Assembly (NCBI GenBank): GCA_963648635.1
Contig: CAVJEL010000001.1
Coordinates: 4,444 to 68,443 of the forward strand
Source of the DNA: Ruminococcus intestinalis
GTDB taxonomy: Bacteria > Spirochaetota > Spirochaetia > Sphaerochaetales > Sphaerochaetaceae
Length of the DNA: 64,000 bases
Reading direction: 5' to 3'
Below, piece by piece: positions 1 through 10,027 of the stretch. The translations under genes were made by a program, and so were the position numbers. The notes beneath the pieces were generated by a model. It worked only from the letters and a program-made list of their open reading frames with translations. It had not been told where the DNA came from and made no database searches. Each line of letters starts with the position of its first letter. Positions within the stretch are counted from its first letter, which is position 1.

Positions 1-976
1 TTTCGTTCATAAGGTCGAAGACACGGGAAGCGCATGCAAATGAGTTCTGGAGCTCGGTAACGACACTGCTGATGTCATTGAAGGGCTTCATGTATTGGTT
101 AGCGTAGCTCAGCATGACGGAGAGTCCTCCGACAGTTAGTACTCCCTTTGGAATAAGTATTACACCAAGGAGTGCAACGAAAGCGTAGATGATGTTGTTT
201 ACAAACCTTGTAGAGGGATTAGCAAGGGAGGAGTAGAATATTGCGCTCTGGGAGGCAGTCTTAAGTTTATCGTTCAAGTCCTTGAATCTCTCGAGTGCCT
301 TACCTTCGTAGCCGTAGGACTTGACTGTCTTCATTCCCGAGACCATCTCGTCGATAAGCGCCGTCTCATCTCCTCGGGCTGTACTCTGCGCCCTGAAGAG
401 CGTGAATGACCTCTTCGATATAAACGACGAGACGAGAAAGCTCAGCGGGGTGAGAAGTATGACGACAAGACTTATCCAGATGTTTTTACTCAGCATGAAG
501 ACAATAGTTGCAACTATTGTTACAACTCCGCTGAAAAGCTGTGTAAAGCCGAGGAGAAGACCGTCGGAAAGTACATCGGTATCTGTAATGATTTTGCTTA
601 CGGTTTCTCCTGAGGTATGAGCGTCAAGGTAGGATAGAGGAAGGTGCTGTATATGGAGTGTGAGTTTATCTCTTATGTCCCTCACAACGGAGTAGGTTAT
701 ACGGTTGTTGATGAGGTTCATCAGGTAGACAAATATTGCACTTGTACATACACATACAAGAATCTTCAATAGATATACGCCGAGGGATGCGGAGTTGACA
801 TTTCCCTTTCCCACTAGGTTATCGATTGCGTCACCGAAGAGAATCGGGACATAGAGCTGTAATAAAACGCTGACGAAGGCGAAAACGAGGCTTAATAAAA
901 GGAGAAGTTTATAGCCCGAAAGGTACTTCATAAGCTCTTTAACTGTCGCCTTGTTGAGGCTTAACTTATTTTTCAT
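1..976 (-). CDS. ABC transporter permease/ATP-binding protein, N-terminal part only (gene runs off the window start)
   Basis: Absent from the ORF track because it is truncated by the window edge. My translation from the ATG at 976 (minus) reads MKNKLSLNKATVKELMKYLSGYKLLLLLSLVFAFVSVLLQLYVPILFGDAIDN..., typical of a type-I ABC exporter membrane domain. Its start overlaps the stop of the upstream ABC gene in an ATGA at 973-976. Confidence 0.8.
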   Translation of the reverse strand, partial: MKNKLSLNKATVKELMKYLSGYKLLLLLSLVFAFVSVLLQLYVPILFGDAIDNLVGKGNVNSASLGVYLLKILVCVCTSAIFVYLMNLINNRITYSVVRDIRDKLTLHIQHLPLSYLDAHTSGETVSKIITDTDVLSDGLLLGFTQLFSGVVTIVATIVFMLSKNIWISLVVILLTPLSFLVSSFISKRSFTLFRAQSTARGDETALIDEMVSGMKTVKSYGYEGKALERFKDLNDKLKTASQSAIFYSSLANPSTRFVNNIIYAFVALLGVILIPKGVLTVGGLSVMLSYANQYMKPFNDISSVVTELQNSFACASRVFDLMNE

Positions 977-2706
977 TTCTTTGCCTCCTTTTTCTCCGGG
1001 AACTGCGAGAAGTAGATATCCCTATATACATCGTTGTTCTTTACAAGTTCACTGTGACTGCCCACGCCGACAAGTAGGCCGTTATCGAGAACAAGAATTT
1101 TGTCGGCATTCTCCACAGACGAAATACGCTGTGATACGATGAACTTCGTCACGCCTTTCAATTTGGCAAGTTCTCGCCTCAGTTCGCTGTCTGTTCTGTA
1201 GTCGAGTGCGCTCGATGAGTCGTCGAGGATTAATATTTCGCCGCCTTTAACAAGAGCACGGGCAATCGTAAGTCTCTGCTTCTGGCCGCCGGAGAAGTTT
1301 CTGCCGTTCTGCTCGACCGGGGCGTCCAAGCCTCCCTTCTTCTCGACAATCTCCTCAGCCCGGGCTGTCACAAGAGCTGAATGAATCTCGTCATCTGTTG
1401 CACCTTCCCGGCCGAAGAGCATGTTGCTTCTGATTGTCCCTTTGAAGAGCTGTGCTTTCTGGGGAACGACAGTAACAAGAGAGTTTATCGTCTCTTTCGT
1501 GTAATCCTTTACATTATTGCCCTTAATCTCAACGCTACCTGAGGTGACATCGTAGGCGCGGGGGATAAGGTTTATAAGGGTTGTCTTTCCGCTTCCCGTT
1601 CCTCCTATGATTCCCACTGTCTCACCCTTATTAACGGAGAATGAAATGTCGTGAATTGCAGGCTTAGCAGCACCGGGGTAGGCGAATGAAACACCAGTAA
1701 ATGTAAGCTCTGTTTCGCTGTCTTTCGCCTCCGGATCACGCTCGGGGTACTCCATGCCGCTTTCCGTATTCATTACCGTCTCGACTCTCTTATAGCATGC
1801 AAGGGCTCTGTTTATTGTGATGATGAGGGAAGCCAGCTTTATGAGTTCCACGATAATCTGGAGCATGTAGTTGTAGAGAGCAACAACTTCGCCTTGATTG
1901 AGTTCGCCGATATTTACCTGGATAGCTGACCTCTTTATGAGGATGACTGCAGCAATGTTGATGAGAACATATGTTACAGGGTTCAACAGTGCAGATATCC
2001 TCCCCACAAAGAGGTTGAGTTTTGTGAGATTTCTGTTGCTTTCCTCAAACTCGTCAACACTTCTTTCCTCGCGCCTGAATGCCCTTATTACCCTGACGCC
2101 CGTTAGGTTCTCACGAGTAAGGTTTGTTACATTATCCAGTGCTTCCTGGCTCTTCTTATAGAGCGGAATCGATATCTTCATGATGAGAAATGTAACGAGG
2201 AGAAGTACCGGAATCGTGAGGAGGAAGATAAGCCCTGCCTTGACGTTTATGATTAGGGCCATAATTGCAGCACCGAAGACTATGAAGGGGCTCCTGAGGA
2301 GAAGCCTCAAGGCCATATTGAGTCCTGTCTGTATCTGGTTGACATCGCTTGTAAGCCTTGTTATGAGCGTGCTTGCGCCTTCGCTGTCGAGAGTCGATGA
2401 GCTCATCTCTGATATGTGCTTAAAAAGCTCATACCTCAATGTTGTTGCATAGCCGACGCTGGCTTTGGCTGAAAAGTACTGTGCAACGACGGAGCATGAG
2501 AGCCCGAGAAGCGCCATCAAGATTAAGAGGAGAAAGTCGTAAACGATGCTTTTCCCGTTTTCGGGGTAGTGGGTATCAATCATCCTGGCAACGATTACTG
2601 GGACCAGAAGATCGAAGAATGCCTCAAGCAGCTTGAAAAGCGGGGCGATAACCGATTCTTTTATGTACGGTTTAAGGTGGTGTGTTAATTTAGTCTTTTT
2701 TTCCAT
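973..2706 (-). CDS. ABC transporter permease/ATP-binding protein (MsbA/MdlA-like half transporter, probable heterodimer partner of the next gene)
   Basis: 577 aa with an N-terminal 6-TM exporter domain. Walker A GGTGSGKTT, signature FSGGQKQR and Walker B ILILDDSSSALD are present. Confidence 0.9.
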   Translation of the reverse strand: MEKKTKLTHHLKPYIKESVIAPLFKLLEAFFDLLVPVIVARMIDTHYPENGKSIVYDFLLLILMALLGLSCSVVAQYFSAKASVGYATTLRYELFKHISEMSSSTLDSEGASTLITRLTSDVNQIQTGLNMALRLLLRSPFIVFGAAIMALIINVKAGLIFLLTIPVLLLVTFLIMKISIPLYKKSQEALDNVTNLTRENLTGVRVIRAFRREERSVDEFEESNRNLTKLNLFVGRISALLNPVTYVLINIAAVILIKRSAIQVNIGELNQGEVVALYNYMLQIIVELIKLASLIITINRALACYKRVETVMNTESGMEYPERDPEAKDSETELTFTGVSFAYPGAAKPAIHDISFSVNKGETVGIIGGTGSGKTTLINLIPRAYDVTSGSVEIKGNNVKDYTKETINSLVTVVPQKAQLFKGTIRSNMLFGREGATDDEIHSALVTARAEEIVEKKGGLDAPVEQNGRNFSGGQKQRLTIARALVKGGEILILDDSSSALDYRTDSELRRELAKLKGVTKFIVSQRISSVENADKILVLDNGLLVGVGSHSELVKNNDVYRDIYFSQFPEKKEAKK

Positions 2707-2709
2707 AGT

Positions 2710-2739
2710 AAAAAAAGTCCTCCCCGTAAAGAAGAGGAC
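2710..2739 (-). terminator. Intrinsic terminator after ftsH, directly abutting the ABC gene start
   Basis: On the minus strand: GTCCTC-N11-GAGGAC followed by T7, then ACT-ATG (ABC start at 2706). Confidence 0.5.
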
Positions 2740-2756
2740 CGTGGATATATTATCGT

Positions 2757-4580
2757 TTATTTGCGGTTAAGAATAGTCATGAACTCCTCACCTGTAATTG
2801 TTTCTTTCTCAAGAAGGTAGGATGAAAGCTCATGGAGCTTTTCTTCATTCTCGCTCAGTATTGCCTTGGCCTTTTCACGTGCTGCCTTGACAATCTTGAC
2901 AACCTCCTGGTCGACTTCCTCGCTGCTCTTTTCAGAGCATGCAAGGGATGTGTCCCCTCCAAGATATTGGTTATTCACAGTCTCGAGTGCAACCATGCCG
3001 AACTCATCGGACATGCCGTAGCGTGTGACCATACTGCGCGCTAGTTTCGTCGCCTGCTCGATATCGTTACTTGCGCCCGTCGTGATGCTCTTGAAGACGA
3101 GCTCCTCCGATGCCTGGCCGCCCGTGAGTGTTGCTATCTTATTGAGAAGCTCTTCCTTACTCATGAGATTCTTCTCTTCAGCATCAACCTGCATTGTGTA
3201 GCCGAGTGCGCCGCTTGTTCTCGGGATTATCGTAATCTTTGTTACCGGTGCGCTGTTACTCTGCTTGGCAGCAACAAGTGCGTGTCCTATCTCATGGTAG
3301 GCGACAATCTTCTTCTCTTCTTCGCTGAGGACTGCATTCTTTCTCTTGTAACCTGCAATTACAGTTTCGACGCTCTCTTCGAGGTCTTCCTGTGTCACTT
3401 CACTCTTACCGTTTCTGACGGCACGGAGAGCAGCTTCATTGATTATGTTTGCCAGTTCCGCGCCGCTAGCGCCACTAGTTGCCCTCGCAATTGCCTCGTA
3501 GTCGATTGATGCACTCATCTTCACGTCCTTTGCGTGGACCTTTAAAATTGCAACTCTTCCCTGTAGGTCCGGGAGGTTGACAGGAATTCTGCGGTCGAAT
3601 CTGCCGGGCCTCAAGAGTGCCGGATCAAGGGAGTCGGGACGGTTTGTAGCTGCAAGAATTACAACACCCTTATTAGCATCGAAGCCGTCCATCTCCGTTA
3701 AAAGCTGATTGAGCGTCTGCTCTCTCTCGTCGTTTCCGCCGTAGGGTGAGCTATCACGCTTTTTACCGATTGTATCTATTTCATCGATGAAGACTATACA
3801 CGGTGCCTTTTCAGATGCCTGTTTGAAGAGGTCACGAACCTTGCTTGCTCCCATACCGACGAACATCTCAACAAACTCCGAGCCGCTTATCGAGAAGAAG
3901 GGAACCTTCGCTTCTCCCGCAACAGCTCGTGCCAGCAGTGTTTTACCTGTTCCCGGAGGGCCTACAAGGAGTGCACCTTTCGGAAGCTTTGCTCCGATTT
4001 TCGTGTATTTATCGTTGTCGTGGAGGTAGCTGACAATCTCCTCGAGGGCTTCCTTTGCCTCATCTTCGCCCTGTACGTCCTTGAATGTAACTCCCGTCTC
4101 GTTTTCAGCATAAATCTTGGCGTTGCTCTTACCAAAGCTCATGGAATTGAGGCCGCCACGTTTCGATATAACTCCATAGAAAATACGACCGATAATCGAG
4201 AAGAAGAGGATTGGGAGAACCCACGTCACTATAAACGAGCTTAGTGGAGAACTCTCGGGCGCTATGTATGACGAGAATGAGACTCCTGCGTTCTCAAGTC
4301 TTTCCCTAAGCCCACTGTCGGGGAATACCGCAGTCTGGTAAGTGCCGAGGGTTCCGTCAACCTCTGCAGAGAAGACGATGTAGTCGTCGGAGAGTACAAC
4401 TTCCTTCACTTCGCCCTTGTCGACCATACTTAAAAAGTCTGAGTACTGTACCTGCTGTATCTTGTTGTTGACGAATTGCGGGAATACGAATGCATTGAGT
4501 ATCATCATAACGAGAAATACGATAATGCAATAATAGAGTATGGGCTTTTTATTCTTATCGCCCTGATTATTGTTTTCCAT
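2757..4580 (-). CDS. ftsH: ATP-dependent zinc metalloprotease FtsH
   Basis: 607 aa with an N-terminal TM segment, AAA Walker A GPPGTGKT, Walker B IVFIDEID and the zinc motif HEIGHA. Confidence 0.95.
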   Translation of the reverse strand: MENNNQGDKNKKPILYYCIIVFLVMMILNAFVFPQFVNNKIQQVQYSDFLSMVDKGEVKEVVLSDDYIVFSAEVDGTLGTYQTAVFPDSGLRERLENAGVSFSSYIAPESSPLSSFIVTWVLPILFFSIIGRIFYGVISKRGGLNSMSFGKSNAKIYAENETGVTFKDVQGEDEAKEALEEIVSYLHDNDKYTKIGAKLPKGALLVGPPGTGKTLLARAVAGEAKVPFFSISGSEFVEMFVGMGASKVRDLFKQASEKAPCIVFIDEIDTIGKKRDSSPYGGNDEREQTLNQLLTEMDGFDANKGVVILAATNRPDSLDPALLRPGRFDRRIPVNLPDLQGRVAILKVHAKDVKMSASIDYEAIARATSGASGAELANIINEAALRAVRNGKSEVTQEDLEESVETVIAGYKRKNAVLSEEEKKIVAYHEIGHALVAAKQSNSAPVTKITIIPRTSGALGYTMQVDAEEKNLMSKEELLNKIATLTGGQASEELVFKSITTGASNDIEQATKLARSMVTRYGMSDEFGMVALETVNNQYLGGDTSLACSEKSSEEVDQEVVKIVKAAREKAKAILSENEEKLHELSSYLLEKETITGEEFMTILNRK

Positions 4581-4639
4581 TTAAAATACCTCCATCAAAA
4601 GATAAGCACAAATTAAAGAAAGGGAAACAATTTTCTCCC

Positions 4640-5632
4640 TTATCGTCGGAATTCTATTTCCCTGACGGCCGAAGCTATCTTCTTCTCTTCTTCCTCTGTG
4701 AATGGGTGGTAGCTATCGAGCATCGATACGGAGTCGAGAAGCTGTTCTCTGTTCCTCGCACCGACAATTAGGCTTGTCATTCCCTCCCTCTCGAGGTCCC
4801 AGTTGAGGGCCATGTGGCTCAGGGTCTGTCCTCTTTCAGAGGCAATACCGTTGAGGGTATTGAGCGCTTCGACGAGAGACGGGGTTATGTCGTCGGGGGT
4901 GAGGAATGCGCTATTCATTGCTCGGGATGATGGCGGAATAGTGCCTGATAGGTACTTATCTGTCAGCCTTCCCTGGCTCAGGGGGGAGAACGCAAAGATT
5001 CCGATTCCTTCTTTTTTCATCCTCGGAAATAGAGTGCCATCGGGGTCGCCACGTTTATTGAGGATGGAATACGAGACTTGGTTGATTATGGGGTGGATGT
5101 GATGTACATCCTCGAGAATCCTCTTCATCTCGAAAATCTCCTCACCGTAGTTTGATAGTGCAACATAGAGTGCCTTCCCGCTTTTCACAATGTAGGAAAG
5201 GGCCTCTGCAGTCTCCTCGAGGGGAGTATCACTGTCGGGACGGTGGTGGTAGAAGATATCAACATAATCGAGGCCGAGACGCCTCAGTGAGTCATCGATT
5301 GATGCGACAAGATATTTCTTACTTCCTCCGTCTCCGAATGGCCCGGGCCACATTCTATATCCGGCCTTTGTAGAAATGAGTATTTCACCGCGGTGTGAGG
5401 ATAGGGACTTTCTGAATATCTCGCCGAACCTTTTCTCCGCGCTTCCTTCAGGCGGGCCGTAGTTGTTGGCGAGGTCGAAGGAGTTTATGCCGCACTCGAA
5501 TGCCGCGAGTATTGTTTTCTTCGTTGTCTCAAAGTCGCTTTTCTCCCCAAAGTTCTGCCATAAGCCGAGTGAGAGTAGAGATACCTTTAATCCCGATGCG
5601 CCACATTTTCTGTATTCCATTGGTTTTGTCAT
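4640..5632 (-). CDS. Aldo/keto reductase (YghZ/Tas-like)
   Basis: 330 aa. N-terminus YRKCGASGLKVSLLSLGLWQNFG and DLANNYGPP are typical of the AKR family. Confidence 0.9.
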   Translation of the reverse strand: MTKPMEYRKCGASGLKVSLLSLGLWQNFGEKSDFETTKKTILAAFECGINSFDLANNYGPPEGSAEKRFGEIFRKSLSSHRGEILISTKAGYRMWPGPFGDGGSKKYLVASIDDSLRRLGLDYVDIFYHHRPDSDTPLEETAEALSYIVKSGKALYVALSNYGEEIFEMKRILEDVHHIHPIINQVSYSILNKRGDPDGTLFPRMKKEGIGIFAFSPLSQGRLTDKYLSGTIPPSSRAMNSAFLTPDDITPSLVEALNTLNGIASERGQTLSHMALNWDLEREGMTSLIVGARNREQLLDSVSMLDSYHPFTEEEEKKIASAVREIEFRR

Positions 5633-5742
5633 GGCTTCATTTTAGCTCCCAGACGGCCATAAGGCAAAGAAAAGCGTGATTTTCATCAAAAAGTATGTGG
5701 CACTTACTTCGCTTTTGCTTTAGTCTGTTTCTGGAGGATTAT

Positions 5743-6597
5743 ATGGCAGTAATCACACTTGAAAATGAATTTGTTAAGGCTGAACTCAATACTCAGGGCG
5801 GGTTCATCGAATCACTTTACTCGAAGAATGACGAAGTGGAGCACGCATGGCACTACGACTCATCCATCTGGCCGAGACGCACAGCGGTATGTTTCCCGAC
5901 ATGCGGTAAGTGCAAGGATGATAAGTATACTCTCTCCGGAGTGGAATATGATCTTCCAAACCACGGCTTTTTGAGAGAAAGGGAGCTCAAGGCAGATCAG
6001 GTCGACTCATCGCGCCTTGTTCTCACAGATACATGGGATGAAGAGACGCTCAAGCGTTATCCCTTTAAGTATAAAGTTGAAATCGAGTACGTTCTCGATA
6101 TGAGCACGGTTAGTATTATCTACAGAGTCAAGAATCTCGATAAGAACACAATGTACTATTCAATAGGATCGCACTACACATACCTTCTTCCAGATGTTCA
6201 GGAGAAGTGCGCAGTCTACTTCTCAAAGCCACAGAAGGCAGGTGCCTTCAGTCAGGCTGACGGGACTCTAAAGGGTGATGTATTCGAGGGCAGGGATTAT
6301 ATTCCTCTCAAGGGCACAATCGACTCCTCTTCTCTTATTCTCGATTTATCAACACTCGACACAGACTACGTTGCAGTCGGTAAGGACGGAGAAAAAGTCA
6401 CATCCATCAAGGGCGAAGGCTTCAAGTATCTTATTATCTGGGCTCCAGCTGGCGGAAAGAACCACTTTGTCTGCGTTGAATTCTGGGACGGCATGGGACA
6501 TGTCGAAACAAAAGGAAGCGAACTCGATAAGAAGTGGGCGATAGACAGCCTCGAAAGCGGAGAGGAGAGAGAGTACAAACAGATTGTCACTCTCTAA
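5743..6597 (+). CDS. Aldose 1-epimerase (galactose mutarotase-like) family protein
   Basis: I moved the start to the ATG at 5743 (MAVITLENEF), which is preceded by GGAGG at 5734-5738. The CFP..G....Y...G..Y.LP.HGF.R motif fits the mutarotase fold. Confidence 0.7.
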   Translation: MAVITLENEFVKAELNTQGGFIESLYSKNDEVEHAWHYDSSIWPRRTAVCFPTCGKCKDDKYTLSGVEYDLPNHGFLRERELKADQVDSSRLVLTDTWDEETLKRYPFKYKVEIEYVLDMSTVSIIYRVKNLDKNTMYYSIGSHYTYLLPDVQEKCAVYFSKPQKAGAFSQADGTLKGDVFEGRDYIPLKGTIDSSSLILDLSTLDTDYVAVGKDGEKVTSIKGEGFKYLIIWAPAGGKNHFVCVEFWDGMGHVETKGSELDKKWAIDSLESGEEREYKQIVTL

Positions 6598-6646
6598 TCT
6601 GGTCAATTCATAGCCGGCCCTTCTATTCGGCCGGTTTTTACTTTCC

Positions 6647-7039
6647 ATGGACACAATAGACAGCGCCGGGACAATGTGCTTCAAGGGCACTATGGTCCTT
6701 CTCATAAAATACTACTCAAACTTCTCCTTCCCCAAGGGCCACATAAAGGCGGGGGAGAGGAAAGAAGATGCCGCAATAAGGGAGACGGTGGAGGAGACGG
6801 GAATTACTCCGAGTATTATCGCATCGGCAATTACGGTGCCGTCTGCAAAGAAGGGGGACGAGAGGAAAATCCATTTCTTTCCTTCCTTGTATCTATCGGG
6901 GGAGCTTACTCCAGAGAAAGGTGAAGTTGATGATGCACTCTGGGTTGATGCTTCCGACGCCCTGGCTCTTTTGACGTTTGACTCTGATAGAAAAGCCCTC
7001 GAGAAGGCCCTACGAATAGTCGGGGTCGATGTTGAATGA
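6647..7039 (+). CDS. NUDIX hydrolase
   Basis: 130 aa with a Nudix box GHIKAGERKEDAAIRETVEETG (GX5EX7REUXEEXGU). Confidence 0.85.
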   Translation: MDTIDSAGTMCFKGTMVLLIKYYSNFSFPKGHIKAGERKEDAAIRETVEETGITPSIIASAITVPSAKKGDERKIHFFPSLYLSGELTPEKGEVDDALWVDASDALALLTFDSDRKALEKALRIVGVDVE

Positions 7040-8125
7040 TACCGTGTAATCGGGGAATACAAGTTCCAACAGTCCCGTCAGGTTCTTTCTGAACGAATCC
7101 CAGTCCTTGAGAGAGAAGTCGACGACGATATCGAATTCGATTCTCTTTTCCTCGAAGTGTACGTGGAAGCCGTGGATACCTATGACACTGTCATATGCAA
7201 GCTTTATGCACTTGAGGGTTTTGTCCAACATTTCCTTCACCCTCTCATCATCCTGGTTTTCGGCATTGATACCGAATGTGAAGATGATTCCCATCTCGTC
7301 GCTGAGCCTCTTCTTCGCCTTTTCCATTGCTTCATATATTTCTTCAGCAGTTGCTGTAAACGGCACCTCTACATCTATCGTCCCGACACTCGACTCCGGG
7401 CCGTAGCTGTGTATTCGAATATCGTATCCACCGGATAGGGGAGGATATTCCTTTATCACCGCCCTTATTCTCTCGACTTCCTCCTTTGTCGGCCTTTTCC
7501 CGAGAATTGTGTCTGAAGTTTCCAATATGGACGAAAATCCCGTCCACATGATGAAGAGGGAGACCACAATACCACATGCCGCATCAAGGTTTACATTCCA
7601 CAGTGTCGATATAATCGATGTGATAATCGTCATTGATGATATAAGTGCATCGCTGAGACTGTCCTTAGATGCTGCTTTGAGCGCAAGGCTCTGGCTAGTC
7701 TTTGCCTCTTTACGGTAGAAAAAGAAGAGGACGACTTTAAGAACAACAGTCAATAAGAGTAGGGAGGTAAGTAGCGGTGTCATCATAACCCTGTTGGGGG
7801 TTGAGAAGGCGTTTATGCTGTTCTTTAGAAATGAAAAGCCTGTGAGAACGACAAGAAGGGAAACAAAGAGCGCCGAAAGGTATTCGATTCTCCCGTAGCC
7901 CATCGGATGCATCTTTGTGGGCCGTCTCTTTGATGCCTTGTAGCCTACAAGGGTTACAAACGAGGAGATGCTGTCCGATAGGTTGTTCGCGCCGTCGGAT
8001 AAAAATGCGATGGAGGATGTGATTATGCCGGCTGCAATCTTTACTCCCCCCAGGACAATGTTAAGAACAATCCCGGTATCTGTCGCTCTTTTTATTGTTT
8101 TTGACCTTTCATTTCCATTCTGCAT
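7010..8125 (-). CDS. Cation diffusion facilitator (CDF) family metal efflux transporter
   Basis: 371 aa with six TM segments and a C-terminal cytoplasmic domain. AFLSDGANNLSD and HPMGYGRIEY motifs are CDF-like. Confidence 0.85.
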   Translation of the reverse strand: MQNGNERSKTIKRATDTGIVLNIVLGGVKIAAGIITSSIAFLSDGANNLSDSISSFVTLVGYKASKRRPTKMHPMGYGRIEYLSALFVSLLVVLTGFSFLKNSINAFSTPNRVMMTPLLTSLLLLTVVLKVVLFFFYRKEAKTSQSLALKAASKDSLSDALISSMTIITSIISTLWNVNLDAACGIVVSLFIMWTGFSSILETSDTILGKRPTKEEVERIRAVIKEYPPLSGGYDIRIHSYGPESSVGTIDVEVPFTATAEEIYEAMEKAKKRLSDEMGIIFTFGINAENQDDERVKEMLDKTLKCIKLAYDSVIGIHGFHVHFEEKRIEFDIVVDFSLKDWDSFRKNLTGLLELVFPDYTVSFNIDPDYS

Positions 8126-8200
8126 CCGACAAGTTTAAGACTTAATGTGGGATTTTTCAAGAAGAAAGGAATTAAATATTGATGATAGAAAGAGTTAGTT

Positions 8201-9940
8201 ATGAATAACAAACTCTTTTCTCCACACACTCTTAACACACAAGGGGTGAAAAAAGTGTATCATGGTGCCATGTTGAATAAAAACGGAAGAGTAAAGAGCG
8301 TCCTCAATTTTCTATTCTATCTTGTAGTTGTCGTCCTTTCGGCTTTTATTGCTTCCCTTGCATATCCCGGGAAGTACAACGAGAACGGGATTGCCATAGT
8401 AGGCTTTATTTCGCTTATTCCTCTCTTCTGGATAGTCTATTCTTCGTCATATTGTACAGTTTGGTTTTACGGCCTTGTCTACGGCTTTGTCTTCTACTAT
8501 GAGTACAACTACTGGCTATCAACTTTCCATCCCCTTGCAATTCTGATTGCCCCGATACTCGAGAGCGTGCAATATGCTCTTCTTTTCCTCTCCCTCAGAT
8601 GGACGAAGACGCTCTTTAAGAAGCACTACGCACTCTTTGCCTGCCTCTTCTATAACGCCTACCTCTACATAACACAGCTTGGATTCCTCGGCTATCCATA
8701 CGGCAACATAACATCTGCATTCTACGAATACACATCGCTTATACAGATAGTATCTATTACGGGAATATGGGGACTGGGTCTTGTTTTGACACTGCCCCAG
8801 GCATTGGCTGCCGATTTACTTTATTCGCATTTTGAAAGGAAAAAACTCCGTCCGTTCATATTGTCCATCATACTTCTTGTCTCAGTCTGGTTAATCGGCT
8901 GCGGTATGAAGAGCTACTACGACAATAAGGAGAGTGAAGGGACGGTTAAAGTCCTTGCCGTGCAGCACAGTGCAGATACCTGGCAGGGTGGATACTCGAC
9001 ATATAAGAAGAACTTTGAAACCCTCAAGGAGTTGACAACTCAAGGAATGGAGGAAGACCCCGATATTGATATGGTCGTATGGTCCGAGACTGCATTCGTC
9101 CCTTCCGTCAGCTGGCATCAGACTTACAACATTTCAATAACTACGAGAAAGCTTGTCGAGAACTTTGTCGAGTACGGCAAGAATCTGGGAATCCCGCTTG
9201 TAACTGGTAACCCGGAAGGGGTAATAAAAGATAAGGACTTCAGTCCTGTCCTAGATGACGGGGAATGGAACTGGAAGACATACAATACGGTAATCTACTT
9301 CTCGAATGGGGAAATAAAGGGAACATACCGTAAGCAGCACCTTGTGCCTTTTACGGAATACTTTCCGTATGAAAAGCAATTTCCCCATCTTTATGCACTT
9401 TTGAAAGCCAACGACTACAAATGGTGGGAGAAGGGAGATGAAGCGACTGTCTTTGAATATAATGGAGTAAAGTTCTCAACTCCCATATGCTTTGAGGACA
9501 CCTTCGGATATCTCAGTGCAGAGTTCGTGAAAAACGGTGCCGATATGATAATCAACCTCTCAAACGACTACTGGTCACGTTCCGTCCAGGCTGAAAAGCA
9601 GCATTTCCAGCTTGCAGTCTTCCGCGCAATTGAAAATAGGCGCCCCCTACTTAGAAGCACCAACAGCGGCATAACGGCCCTCGTATTACCCTCTGGCGAG
9701 ATAGTAAATCCCCTCGAGCCTTTTACTCAGTCTTACGGCATTTACGAGCTCCCGATAGGACAGAAGGACGGCCTTACGTTCTACACCCGCCACCCAGACC
9801 TCTTTGGTAAGCTCTTTGTTGTTCTCTCCATCTACAGCGTCCTCTTCAAAGCATCCACAACCATCTACGAAAAGGTAAAGAGAAAGAAGGACGAGGAGGA
9901 GAGGATGGCACATATGTTTGAGAGGATGATACTTGAATAA
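8201..9940 (+). CDS. lnt: Apolipoprotein N-acyltransferase
   Basis: 579 aa with a multi-TM N-terminus and a CN-hydrolase domain (VVWSETAF, HLVPFTEYFPY, PICFEDTF). Confidence 0.9.
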   Translation: MNNKLFSPHTLNTQGVKKVYHGAMLNKNGRVKSVLNFLFYLVVVVLSAFIASLAYPGKYNENGIAIVGFISLIPLFWIVYSSSYCTVWFYGLVYGFVFYYEYNYWLSTFHPLAILIAPILESVQYALLFLSLRWTKTLFKKHYALFACLFYNAYLYITQLGFLGYPYGNITSAFYEYTSLIQIVSITGIWGLGLVLTLPQALAADLLYSHFERKKLRPFILSIILLVSVWLIGCGMKSYYDNKESEGTVKVLAVQHSADTWQGGYSTYKKNFETLKELTTQGMEEDPDIDMVVWSETAFVPSVSWHQTYNISITTRKLVENFVEYGKNLGIPLVTGNPEGVIKDKDFSPVLDDGEWNWKTYNTVIYFSNGEIKGTYRKQHLVPFTEYFPYEKQFPHLYALLKANDYKWWEKGDEATVFEYNGVKFSTPICFEDTFGYLSAEFVKNGADMIINLSNDYWSRSVQAEKQHFQLAVFRAIENRRPLLRSTNSGITALVLPSGEIVNPLEPFTQSYGIYELPIGQKDGLTFYTRHPDLFGKLFVVLSIYSVLFKASTTIYEKVKRKKDEEERMAHMFERMILE

Positions 9941-9956
9941 GTGCAATTTCAAGAAT

Positions 9957-9995
9957 GAAAAAAAACTGTGCTGGAGACAATGATCCCCGGCACAG
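9957..9995 (-). terminator. Intrinsic terminator after the beta-helix lipoprotein gene (hairpin may also stop lnt)
   Basis: A 9-bp stem (9966-9974 pairs with 9987-9995, one G-U pair) is followed on the minus strand by a T8 run (A-run at 9957-9965 on plus). Confidence 0.55.
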
Positions 9996-10027
9996 AACAG
10001 ATATTAGAATTGACTAATTATCAGATT

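Noticed and set aside
321-1142. Plus-strand ORFs 321-620 (99 aa) and 951-1142 (63 aa)
   Set aside because: They are antisense to the two ABC exporter genes, whose minus-strand translations have clear ABC motifs and membrane-domain character.
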